This document shows, one piece after another, positions 17,272 to 26,297 of a stretch of 38,586 nt of DNA. The stretch is taken from positions 77,134 to 115,719 of IMG/VR virus record IMGVR_UViG_3300022821_000011; one strand, given 5' to 3'. The notes beneath the pieces were generated by a model. The model was not told the origin of the DNA, did not search any database, and saw only the letters and a program-made list of their open reading frames with translations. The stretch's first letter is position 1, and each line of letters begins with the position of its first letter. This DNA is from a virus. Taxonomy: Duplodnaviria > Heunggongvirae > Uroviricota > Caudoviricetes. The translations under genes and the position numbers were made by a program.

Positions 17272-17990
17272 TGTTAGAAGAAGCTAAAAAGAAAAAGCTT
17301 AGCAAGCAACAGCAGTTAAAGCTTTTCTGGAAGAACTATCCAGTTGTTATAAATCCTGATATAACAGCACCGCCGACTGGTGTTAGAAAAACCACGCCAG
17401 ATTGGAGTGGTTCTCCATCGTTTCCACAATATACTTCAGAATCATTAAGCACAAAAATCATATCTAAAAATAGGCATGATTCTGTTATTAAATCTATTAA
17501 TGAATCTGTAGAACTAGTTCAATTTGATCAGCTCACTGAAGAATTAAAAGAATATTTTAAAGATCATGTGTTTAAGATTATTCATGAAAAAAAGGAAAAG
17601 CATTTTTCTGTATCTTCTAATTTAGATATGAAACAAAAACAAGCAGCTTATAATTTAATTGCTCTTTCTGCTATGTCTTCTTTAATAGCCTCTCGTGTTT
17701 TGCTTGATAAAGCTTTCTTTAAAAGAAACCAATCTTTAAATACTAGATTTGCTGATGCTCTTCAAAGAGCTGTAAATGTTGCTGCTTCTGATCCAGGAAT
17801 TATTCAAAAAATAAGACAGAATTCACGCAATATGAATTTAATTACTATGGAAGAAGTTCAAATAATAGATTCTTTTAAAAATCCAAATTTTGATTCAAAA
17901 AATACAGGAATACCACTTAAAATTATTAAAGAAACTTTTGATCGTGGAGTTGCTGCTTATAAAGCAGGTGTTAGACCAACTAAAATATAA
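17271..17990 (+). CDS. putative head-associated protein ending in a partial DUF5824-like domain
   Basis: ATG overlaps the upstream stop; C-terminal TGIPLKIIKETFDRGVAAYKAGVRP. Confidence 0.5.
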   Translation: MLEEAKKKKLSKQQQLKLFWKNYPVVINPDITAPPTGVRKTTPDWSGSPSFPQYTSESLSTKIISKNRHDSVIKSINESVELVQFDQLTEELKEYFKDHVFKIIHEKKEKHFSVSSNLDMKQKQAAYNLIALSAMSSLIASRVLLDKAFFKRNQSLNTRFADALQRAVNVAASDPGIIQKIRQNSRNMNLITMEEVQIIDSFKNPNFDSKNTGIPLKIIKETFDRGVAAYKAGVRPTKI

Positions 17991-18139
17991 TGAAAACATT
18001 TAAAGAGTTTTGTGAAGAGCATGGAGCTGGCTTTGAAGGTACTCCAAAGTTGACTAAAAAGTATAAAAAAGATACTCCTGGAGAAAATAATATTAAAAAT
18101 AATAAACGACAATCAAGGATAAACAAATGGAAGAATTAA
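17990..18139 (+). CDS. 49-aa putative internal head protein
   Basis: Translated by hand: MKTFKEFCEEHGAGFEGTPKLTKKYKKDTPGE...; N-terminus resembles T4 IP capsid-targeting sequences. Confidence 0.65.
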   Translation: MKTFKEFCEEHGAGFEGTPKLTKKYKKDTPGENNIKNNKRQSRINKWKN

Positions 18140-18567
18140 TTACACAAATGAAAAGAGTCTTAGCAGACACTTTTGTTATGTATATGAAAGCTCACTCATA
18201 TCATTGGAATGTTGAAGGTCATCAGTTTACAGAATTTCATGCTTTTTTTGGATCTTTATACATTGAATTGCATGCAGCAATAGATCCAATTGCAGAAAAT
18301 ATACGAACACTTGACTCATATGCTCCAGCAAGTCTTTCAAGAATAACTGAACTGTCTACAATTTCAGATGAAAATACTATTCCAAGTTGTGAAATGATGC
18401 CTATTCATTTGTTAGCTGCTAACAAACAAGTTATTGATTGTATTATGCAAGCAAGAAAGTTTGCAGAAACAGAGCAAGAAATTGCTATTATATCTTTTTT
18501 AGAAACAAGATTAGAATCTCATCAAAAGCATGGCTGGATGTTAAAAGCAATTTCAAAAAAGATGTAA
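18127..18567 (+). CDS. dps: Dps ferritin-like DNA protection protein
   Basis: HSYHWNVEG..F..FH.FFG.LY......D.IAE.IR.L and HQKHGWML ferroxidase motifs. Confidence 0.9.
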   Translation: MEELITQMKRVLADTFVMYMKAHSYHWNVEGHQFTEFHAFFGSLYIELHAAIDPIAENIRTLDSYAPASLSRITELSTISDENTIPSCEMMPIHLLAANKQVIDCIMQARKFAETEQEIAIISFLETRLESHQKHGWMLKAISKKM

Positions 18568-18698
18568 AATGACAAAATCCAAGAATATAAAACAGATAAA
18601 TAAACAAAAGGATTTGATTCATAAATCTATTGATTTAAAAGGTGAATCACAATATGTGTCTCATATGACACTAAAAAAAGAAAACAAGGAGAATTAAA

Positions 18699-19367
18699 AT
18701 GCCAACATGGGGCAAAACCGATAATACTGCTAACTCAGTACTCTGGGCGCCACAGCAGTTAAAGAAAGAAGCAAATACTTCAACTAGAGATGAATTGTAT
18801 GGCAATACTACAGCCGATTCATTTATTACTGGCCAGACTCATGGTCAATATGGAGTTAGTGATGCTGAAGCAAATGCAGCTAGAGCTGGTAATGGAACTA
18901 AAGCAGCTCATGCTGGTTGGGTGTTAAGAACAGAAGGATCTGGAAATAGAGCTGGAAGAGTTCATAATGAAGTTCTTGTTGCTTTAAGTTCTATGACTGG
19001 TGATGGAACTGACGATGCAGCGTTTCCAGATATTGCTATTATTATATCTTCACAGCCTGTTGCTGCAACAGGAAATTCATCAGCTAGTGATACAGAAACA
19101 TTCGCAGTAGTAGCGACCACATCACCTGTTGGTGGATCTATTACATATGAATGGCAGTATAATGCTGATGTAGCAAACTCCGCTGCCTGGGCCGCCGCAA
19201 CTGGTGAAGATGGTATTTCAGATCCAGCAACAGCTACTCTTTCTGTTAATACAGCCGCTGTTAACTCTTCTGTTATTCCAACTAGTTCAGGATTTAGAGT
19301 TGTACTTCAAGCGACTGGAACTGCAAACGTTACTTCTTCTGAAGCAATCTTAACTATTACAACATAA
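18699..19367 (+). CDS. virion structural protein with C-terminal Ig-like domain
   Basis: MPTWGKTD start, HAGWVLRT...GRV..EVLVA, SSQP...ITYEWQ Ig-like repeat; strong RBS. Confidence 0.7.
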   Translation: MPTWGKTDNTANSVLWAPQQLKKEANTSTRDELYGNTTADSFITGQTHGQYGVSDAEANAARAGNGTKAAHAGWVLRTEGSGNRAGRVHNEVLVALSSMTGDGTDDAAFPDIAIIISSQPVAATGNSSASDTETFAVVATTSPVGGSITYEWQYNADVANSAAWAAATGEDGISDPATATLSVNTAAVNSSVIPTSSGFRVVLQATGTANVTSSEAILTITT

Positions 19368-19386
19368 TTGACAGGAGCAATAAACT

Positions 19387-19743
19387 ATGGCAACGACTAA
19401 AAAAATAACAGAACTTGACGCTCTAACAGTAATAGCTAATACTGATCTTCTTTATGTTGTAGATGATCCATCAGGAACACCTCTTTCTAAAAAAATAACA
19501 GTAGAAAGTATAATGACTTCAAATGTTACAGCTAATTTGAATTTAAATGGATCTATGAATATGAATGATTATGTTATTGCGAATGTTGTAGCATCATCTC
19601 ATACAGGAACACCAGCTTCAAATACCGATGTTCCTACTGGATTTGAAGTAGCAATTGGAGCAATGTGGTCAGATGGAACTAACTTATATGTGGTTACAGC
19701 TAATAATGAAGTAAAGAAAGCAACTCTTTCTTCGATTACATAA
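19387..19743 (+). CDS. virion structural protein (KITEL-motif family)
   Basis: KKITELDAL...DLLYVVD...SKKITV, typical of fibre/decoration proteins. Confidence 0.6.
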   Translation: MATTKKITELDALTVIANTDLLYVVDDPSGTPLSKKITVESIMTSNVTANLNLNGSMNMNDYVIANVVASSHTGTPASNTDVPTGFEVAIGAMWSDGTNLYVVTANNEVKKATLSSIT

Positions 19744-19747
19744 TAGA

Positions 19748-20146
19748 ATGAATGATAATGAACGAATTGATGAATCTACATTCTTGCTGTTTGCAGCTAA
19801 GTGCTATAGCAATCCTCAATGTTATGACACTTTAGAATTCTATGAAGATTTAAAACGCTTTCGTTATATTAAGCGTTTGCTCAATAAATATGAGTCCACT
19901 GGTGAATTGAGGGAGAGGTTAATATTAAACCATATAATCTCCCTCAATAATGTTTTTGGCGCAAAAAATACTGCTAGAATGCTGTTTTTTAGATTAGAAG
20001 GTTATGAGCAGTTTTTTGCGCCATTTTTGATAATGTTAGGATCCCTTCCAACATTAGTTGAAGGCATTGGTCATGATAATAGAACAGTTTATTGTGACGA
20101 AATACTCATGGATAAAATCATAATAGATAAGTTGAGAAAAATATAA
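19748..20146 (+). CDS. conserved T4-like hypothetical protein
   Basis: Y.NPQC....EF.EDLKRF.YIKRLL.KY..TGEL.ERLILNHII.L.NVFG. Confidence 0.75.
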   Translation: MNDNERIDESTFLLFAAKCYSNPQCYDTLEFYEDLKRFRYIKRLLNKYESTGELRERLILNHIISLNNVFGAKNTARMLFFRLEGYEQFFAPFLIMLGSLPTLVEGIGHDNRTVYCDEILMDKIIIDKLRKI

Positions 20147-20941
20147 ATGAAAAAATTAAGAGACATTTTAAACGAAAGTTTTATTCCGGGCTTACCAGCA
20201 GCTTCTAAAAAGAAGCCTACGAAAGAGCATCATCCAATAGCATGGGAAGGTATGCTTGGAACTGTTCATGCTAGAAACAATAAAGGTGAATCAAAATATT
20301 TTCATTATAATTATGAAGATGCAGTTAAACATATAAGCGTTGATGATCATCATGATTTTAGAATTCATAGAAACAAAAAAAGACCAAATGAAGGAACTGG
20401 ATCTCCTAGATATAATCAACTAGTGGTGTATGCAAAAAGAAAATCTTCTATTAAAGAATCACACTCAGATTTGCCACCTATTGATGCTCCAGTAAAAAGA
20501 AATATCGTCAATAAATTCGTTCCCGAGAATCCAGATTTTTCTAATAATACTTTTTATCACGAACGAAAACATTCGCACGATGTAATATACAAAGAAGATG
20601 AAAATGGAACGCGTCATGTATATCATACATTAAAAGATCAAAAAAGTGCTACTCAAAAATTTAAAGAACTTAAAGATACTCATAATAGAAAAATATGGAA
20701 TTCATCAAAAGATAAACACGAATATGCACTAAAAAGAAATATAAAAGAAATGAACACTGCTGGGTCTGGTGCTATTGCTGGTATTGGAATAAATCAAGAT
20801 GGTTCGCAATATAATGCTGCTACTGCTCCTAATTCATATGGTGAGCCTGGAGTAAGTAAAAAGAAACAGAAAGAGATTAAAACTTCTGGCCTTTCACCAA
20901 AAATGATAAGGTTAATTCGTAGATTTCAAGGAAAAGAATAA
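20147..20941 (+). CDS. putative internal head protein
   Basis: MKKLRDILNES start; internal IKES and IKEM cleavage-like sites; NTAGSGAIAGIG...EPG C-terminal motif. Confidence 0.55.
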   Translation: MKKLRDILNESFIPGLPAASKKKPTKEHHPIAWEGMLGTVHARNNKGESKYFHYNYEDAVKHISVDDHHDFRIHRNKKRPNEGTGSPRYNQLVVYAKRKSSIKESHSDLPPIDAPVKRNIVNKFVPENPDFSNNTFYHERKHSHDVIYKEDENGTRHVYHTLKDQKSATQKFKELKDTHNRKIWNSSKDKHEYALKRNIKEMNTAGSGAIAGIGINQDGSQYNAATAPNSYGEPGVSKKKQKEIKTSGLSPKMIRLIRRFQGKE

Positions 20942-20943
20942 GC

Positions 20944-21255
20944 ATGGATATTCAACCAAAAATAGATTTTGCGCATGATAATAAATCTTTATGGTATGCT
21001 TTAATGTCATTTAGTGCTGTATATACTACATTTTTGATTTTGGGTGGAATATGGCTATCAAATCAGTGGGAATTAAATATATCTAGTCAAAAACAATTAA
21101 TAGATTTATCTAGACATGTTGATGAGAGTTATGTTGATAAAGATTTATTGGCTTCTATTGTTGTTGAACAAAACAGAAGATTATCTGAATTTAATAATAA
21201 ACTTGATAATATCAATAAAAAAACAGAAACTATACACGCTCTATTAAATAAATAA
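20944..21255 (+). CDS. membrane-anchored coiled-coil protein
   Basis: One TM helix followed by a heptad-rich region. Confidence 0.55.
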   Translation: MDIQPKIDFAHDNKSLWYALMSFSAVYTTFLILGGIWLSNQWELNISSQKQLIDLSRHVDESYVDKDLLASIVVEQNRRLSEFNNKLDNINKKTETIHALLNK

Positions 21256-21264
21256 TTTTATATA

Positions 21265-21293
21265 TTTACATTATGCTGATATTATATTATAAT
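21265..21293 (+). promoter_or_regulatory. sigma70-type promoter TTTACA-N17-TATAAT
   Basis: Near-consensus, immediately upstream of primase. Confidence 0.7.
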
Positions 21294-21298
21294 ACAGT

Positions 21299-22354
21299 AT
21301 GATAAATACTTGGCTTGATGATAAATATATCAATCTTTTGTCTTTTAAACTAGATAGATTTAAAAGAATAGATTCACAAAAATATAATTTTAGATGTCCG
21401 TTTTGCGGTGATTCAAAAAAGAATCGTTTCAAGGCTAGAGGAAATGTGTTTCCATCAGATAGTGGTGGGTTGTTTTATAAATGTTTTAATTGCGGAATAC
21501 CGTTGTCATTTAGTGAATTTCTTAAAAGATTTGATGATGAGTTATATAAAGAATATAGACTAGAATCTATGAAAGATAGTAATAATCATTTTACTAAAAA
21601 TGATTTTAATAAAGTTCATAAAAATAGTATTGTTTTTCAGGAATTAAAAGATTTAAGAAGAATATCTCAACTTACATCAGACAATCCCGTTAAAAAATAT
21701 GTTACTGATAGAAAAATACCTTCTAAATATCATTACAAATTATATTATGCTAAAAGATTTATGGAGTGGATTAATACACTACTTCCAAATAAGTTTAATG
21801 AAAATCAATTAAGAAGAGATGAACCTAGATTAGTTATTCCATTTTTTGATTATGATGGTAATATATTTGCTGTTACTGGTAGATCTTTTAAAGAAAATTC
21901 TATCAAATATATGACTATTAAGTTCAATGATAAAGAATCTAAAATATTTGGCTTAGATGAATTAGATAGATCAAAAAAGGTTTATGTCGTAGAAGGTCCA
22001 ATTGATTCTTATTTTATAGATAATAGTTTAGCATTTGCCGGTATTGATGGAAATATTAAAAAAACATTAAAATCAATAGATTATGTTATAATATTAGATA
22101 ATCAGCCAAGAAATGATTCAGTTGTCAAGAAGTTAGAGAAACTTATTAATGATAAAGAAAAAGTTTTTATATGGCCAAAAGGATTAGAAGAATATAAAGA
22201 TATAAACGACTTAGTGATGGTCGGATATTCAAAAGAAGACATAAAAAAGTTAATAGATAAGAACACATATTATGATTTGGTTGCGAGATTGAAATTAAAC
22301 GAATGGAAGAAAATAGGAAGTATACATGAACAGCAGCAATATAATAGTAATTAA
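21299..22354 (+). CDS. gp61: DNA primase (T4 gp61-like)
   Basis: FRCPFCGDS...YKCFNC zinc finger; VVEGPIDS and DNQPRN TOPRIM; KDIND. Confidence 0.95.
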   Translation: MINTWLDDKYINLLSFKLDRFKRIDSQKYNFRCPFCGDSKKNRFKARGNVFPSDSGGLFYKCFNCGIPLSFSEFLKRFDDELYKEYRLESMKDSNNHFTKNDFNKVHKNSIVFQELKDLRRISQLTSDNPVKKYVTDRKIPSKYHYKLYYAKRFMEWINTLLPNKFNENQLRRDEPRLVIPFFDYDGNIFAVTGRSFKENSIKYMTIKFNDKESKIFGLDELDRSKKVYVVEGPIDSYFIDNSLAFAGIDGNIKKTLKSIDYVIILDNQPRNDSVVKKLEKLINDKEKVFIWPKGLEEYKDINDLVMVGYSKEDIKKLIDKNTYYDLVARLKLNEWKKIGSIHEQQQYNSN

Positions 22355-24638
22355 AAGAGACGGAAGAAAAGAACAATTAGATTTAAATAAATTTCATGCT
22401 GTTGTTGGATGGGCTTGTGAAGGGCTTACTGGGGTTTCCCCATCTTCGTTAGAAATAAAATCTCATATTCAATTTTATAATAATATAAAAACAAGTGAAA
22501 TACAAGAAACTCTTATTCATTCTGCATCAGAACTAATTTCTGAAGATCATCCAAATTATCAGTATGTAGCTGGCAGACTGATTAATTATGATATACGAAA
22601 ACAAGTGTTTGGCGGTCATGATCCGATTCCTTTAAAAGATCATGTAAATAGAATAATTGATCTTGGTTTTTATGACAAAGATCTTATTAATCTTTTTAAT
22701 AATGAAGAATGGAAGCATCTAGATCATATTGTTAAGCACGATAGAGATGATCAACTTACATATGCTGCAATGGAGCAATATAGAGGTAAATATCTTGTTA
22801 AAAATAGAAACACCGGGGAGATATATGAAACTCCTCAAATTGCTTGTATATTAATAGCTGCAGTTTTATTTTCATCATATCCAAAAGAAGAAAGAATGAA
22901 ATGGATTAAAGATTATTATGATGCTATTTCGCTTCATTATATTTCTTTACCTACACCAGTTATGGCTGGAATAAGAACTACTCAAAGACAATTTTCTTCA
23001 TGCGTTCTTATTGATTCTGCGGATTCATTAAATTCTATTAATGCAACATCATCATCAATTGTTAAATATGTTTCTCAAAGAGCTGGCATTGGTGTTAACA
23101 TTGGTAGAATTAGAGGAATTGGAGCTGAAGTTAGAGGTGGGCAGGTTACTCACACTGGATTAATACCATTCATTAAGTATTTTCAAGCTGCAGTGAAATC
23201 TTGTTCTCAGGGTGGGGTTCGAGGTGGCGCAGCTACTTTCTATTTTCCAATATGGCATTATGAAGCAGAAGAAATGCTTGTTCTAAAAAACAATCGAGGA
23301 ACTGAAGATAATCGTGCGCGACATGTTGATTATGGAGTTCAATTTAATAAGCTTATGTATGAAAGACTTATTTCAAATGAAGACATCACTTTGTTTTCTC
23401 CTGATGATGTTCCAGATTTATATGAAGCTTTTTTCACAAATCAAGATGAGTTTAAAAAATTATATGAAAAGTACGAAAGAGCATATTCAATTCGCAAAAA
23501 AACAGTCAGAGCAGCTGATTTATTTACATCCTTTATGCAGGAACGGAAAGACACAGGCAGGATATATCTCCAAAATGTGGATCATGCGAATGATCATGGA
23601 TCCTTTATTAGTGATATCGCACCAATTTACCAGTCAAATCTCTGTTCAGAAATAGACCTACCCACAAAGCCTCTTAATAATATATTTGATGAAGAAGGAG
23701 AAATAGCTTTATGCACTCTTTCTGCTATTAATTGGGGTCTTATTAAAGATCCTGCTGATTTTGAAAAATGGTGTACTTTATCAGTAAGAGCTCTCGATCA
23801 GCTTTTGACTTATCAGGATTATCCTGTTATTGCTGCTCAAAGAGCTACTGAAAATCGTAGACCTCTTGGTGTTGGAATTATCAATTTTGCATATTGGCTA
23901 GCAAAAAATGATTTAAACTATCAAGATATAGATACCAATGGTTTAAATCTTATTGATGAATATGCTGAAGCCTGGTCATATTATCTTATTAAAGCATCAG
24001 CAGATTTAGCAGAAGAAAAAGGTGAATGCCCATATAATTACCAGACAAAATATTCATTAGGAATAACACCAAATCAAACATATAAAAAGGATTTGGACGA
24101 GTTAGTAAAACATCAAGAAAGAATGCCATGGAAAGAACTTCGTGAGCAACTTAAGAAAACTGGGATACGTAACTCTACATTAATGGCTCTTATGCCATCA
24201 GAGACCTCGTCTCAGATATCGAATTCAACAAATGGTATTGAACCACCTCGTTCATTAGTTTCTGTCAAGCAGTCTAAAGATGGTGTGTTAAAACAAGTTG
24301 TACCAGAAATTAGAAGACTTAAAAACAAATATGATCTTCTATGGAATCAAAAAAGTCCTCTTGGTTATCTTAAAATTGTTTCTGTTTTACAAAAATATGT
24401 CGATCAAGGCATATCAGTCAATACATCTTATAACCCACTTCATTATGAGGGCGAAAAGATTTCTATGTCAGAAATGTTACAGCATTTGATATTATTCTAT
24501 AAGTGGGGTGGAAAACAGTTGTATTATTATAATACTTATGATGGAGCAGGCGAACTTGCTTTTGATGATAAACAAACAGAAATTATACAAGAACAAAACG
24601 AAATTATAGATGATTATTGTGACAGTTGTGTCATTTAA
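22326..24638 (+). CDS. nrdA: class Ia ribonucleotide reductase alpha subunit with ATP cone
   Basis: VIKRDG ATP cone, SSCVL, SNLCSE, LCTLSA, TSSQISN, KQLYYY and C-terminal CDSC. Confidence 0.97.
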   Translation: MNSSNIIVIKRDGRKEQLDLNKFHAVVGWACEGLTGVSPSSLEIKSHIQFYNNIKTSEIQETLIHSASELISEDHPNYQYVAGRLINYDIRKQVFGGHDPIPLKDHVNRIIDLGFYDKDLINLFNNEEWKHLDHIVKHDRDDQLTYAAMEQYRGKYLVKNRNTGEIYETPQIACILIAAVLFSSYPKEERMKWIKDYYDAISLHYISLPTPVMAGIRTTQRQFSSCVLIDSADSLNSINATSSSIVKYVSQRAGIGVNIGRIRGIGAEVRGGQVTHTGLIPFIKYFQAAVKSCSQGGVRGGAATFYFPIWHYEAEEMLVLKNNRGTEDNRARHVDYGVQFNKLMYERLISNEDITLFSPDDVPDLYEAFFTNQDEFKKLYEKYERAYSIRKKTVRAADLFTSFMQERKDTGRIYLQNVDHANDHGSFISDIAPIYQSNLCSEIDLPTKPLNNIFDEEGEIALCTLSAINWGLIKDPADFEKWCTLSVRALDQLLTYQDYPVIAAQRATENRRPLGVGIINFAYWLAKNDLNYQDIDTNGLNLIDEYAEAWSYYLIKASADLAEEKGECPYNYQTKYSLGITPNQTYKKDLDELVKHQERMPWKELREQLKKTGIRNSTLMALMPSETSSQISNSTNGIEPPRSLVSVKQSKDGVLKQVVPEIRRLKNKYDLLWNQKSPLGYLKIVSVLQKYVDQGISVNTSYNPLHYEGEKISMSEMLQHLILFYKWGGKQLYYYNTYDGAGELAFDDKQTEIIQEQNEIIDDYCDSCVI

Positions 24639-24675
24639 AGTTGCTTATTATTGATTATGATGACACAGTTGTCAC
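24619..24675. repeat. imperfect 16-bp inverted repeat over the nrdA stop
   Basis: GTGACAGTTGTGTCAT (24619-24634) versus ATGACACAGTTGTCAC (24660-24675); 14 of 16 positions complementary. Confidence 0.65.
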
Positions 24676-24682
24676 TTTATAA

Positions 24683-24711
24683 TTGACATTAGACAGGGTG
24701 TATTATATAAT
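24683..24711 (+). promoter_or_regulatory. sigma70-type promoter TTGACA-N17-TATAAT
   Basis: Exact consensus upstream of the NADAR gene. Confidence 0.8.
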
Positions 24712-24740
24712 GAATAATAAAATTAAAAGGATTATTTAAT

Positions 24741-25202
24741 ATGAAAATATCAGCAAGTCGTAATGACACCGATGCAATACTAGGTTTTAGTGGTGATTAT
24801 CGTTGGTTATCAAATTTTTATCCGGTTGATATAGAATTTGAAAGCGAACATTATCCAAGCGTTGAACATGCATATCAGGCCGCAAAAACGCTTGATTTAA
24901 AGCAAAGAAAGCAATTTCAAGATCCTACAGTGCTTGCTGCAGAAGCAAAAAAAGCTGGATCAAAAGTTGAATTGCGTGTAGATTGGACTGAAGAAAATAG
25001 GCTTTCTGTTATGAAAGTTTGTTTAAAATCAAAATTTTCACATCCATCATTAGCAAAAAAACTATTAGATACTGGTGAAGCATATATAGAAGAAACCAAT
25101 TATTGGGGTGATAAATTCTGGGGAGTTGGTAATAGAGATGGGCAAGGATCAAATTGGCTTGGCCATTTAATTATGAATATTAGAGACGGATTGGACAAGT
25201 AG
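24741..25202 (+). CDS. NADAR family protein (YbiA/gp30.3-like)
   Basis: WLSNFY...YPSVEHAYQAAK...LLDTG...IEETNYWGDKFWG...NWLGHLIMNIR. Confidence 0.9.
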   Translation: MKISASRNDTDAILGFSGDYRWLSNFYPVDIEFESEHYPSVEHAYQAAKTLDLKQRKQFQDPTVLAAEAKKAGSKVELRVDWTEENRLSVMKVCLKSKFSHPSLAKKLLDTGEAYIEETNYWGDKFWGVGNRDGQGSNWLGHLIMNIRDGLDK

Positions 25203-26297
25203 TTGTCAGTATTTGAAGTTAATACACAGAACCATCTTGAAAAAAGAATGTTCTTTGATGAACCAGTTGATGTTGCAAGATACGATCAGCAAAAATATCC
25301 TTTCATAGAAAAATTAATCGATAAACAGCTTGGTTTCTTTTGGAGACCAGAAGAAGTTGATGTTTATCGTGATGCAAAAGATTTTAAAGATTTGACTGAT
25401 TGGGAACGTCATATTTTTACATCAAATCTAAAGAGACAAATTCTTCTTGATTCGGTTCAGGGAAGATCTCCTAATATTGCTTTTCTTCCAATTGTTTCTT
25501 TACCGGAACTTGAGACCTGGATTGAAACTTGGTCCTTTTCAGAAACAGTTCATTCAAGATCTTACACTCATATCATTAGAGCAGTATATTCAAATCCATC
25601 TAAAATTTTTGATGAGATGCTTGATATTCCTGAGATTATTGAATGCGCTACAGATATTTCTAAGCACTATGATGAATTAATTAATTTAAATACTCTTTTA
25701 TCATATGAGGGTTCTGATTTTGTAAATCAAATGGCTCATAAAAAAGCTGTATGGCGAGCTATGATGTCAGTTAATATTCTTGAAGGTGTTAGATTTTATG
25801 TTTCTTTCGCATGTTCGTGGGCTTTTGCTGAACAAAAGAAGAAAATGGAAGGAAATGCTAAGATTATTAAGTTGATTTGTAGAGATGAAAATCTCCACCT
25901 TGCTGGGACTCAGTTCATTCTTAAAAATCTACCAAAAGACGATAAAGATTTTGTTAAAATTCAAGAAGAAACTCGTGAAGAATGTATTACAATGTTTTTA
26001 GATGCATATCAGCAAGAAAAAGACTGGGCTACATTTCTATTTAAAGATGGATCTATGGTTGGCTTGAATGAGCAGATGCTTCATGACTATGTTGAATGGA
26101 TTACTCATAAAAGAATGTTGGCTGTTGGTTTACCATCTCCATTTAAAGGCGGATCAAATCCACTTCCATGGACTGAAAAATGGATTTCTGGAGCAGATGT
26201 GCAAGTTGCTCCACAACAAACGCAAATTAGTTCTTATGTAATTGGTGGCGTTAAAAACGATATAAGTGATGATACTTTCAAAGGATTTAATTTATAG
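25203..26297 (+). CDS. nrdB: class Ia ribonucleotide reductase beta subunit (TTG start; C-terminal tail APQQTQISSY)
   Basis: FFWRPEE, LLDSVQGR, ETVHSRSY, LEGVRFYVSFACSWAF, RDENLH diiron motifs. Confidence 0.95.
   Translation: MSVFEVNTQNHLEKRMFFDEPVDVARYDQQKYPFIEKLIDKQLGFFWRPEEVDVYRDAKDFKDLTDWERHIFTSNLKRQILLDSVQGRSPNIAFLPIVSLPELETWIETWSFSETVHSRSYTHIIRAVYSNPSKIFDEMLDIPEIIECATDISKHYDELINLNTLLSYEGSDFVNQMAHKKAVWRAMMSVNILEGVRFYVSFACSWAFAEQKKKMEGNAKIIKLICRDENLHLAGTQFILKNLPKDDKDFVKIQEETREECITMFLDAYQQEKDWATFLFKDGSMVGLNEQMLHDYVEWITHKRMLAVGLPSPFKGGSNPLPWTEKWISGADVQVAPQQTQISSYVIGGVKNDISDDTFKGFNL

Noticed and set aside
18569-18697. Structured ncRNA or riboswitch upstream of the 18699 gene (hairpins at 18615-18649 and 18656-18671)
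   Set aside because: The region also reads as a 42-aa ORF and the stems are AT-rich, so they could be chance; not enough support.
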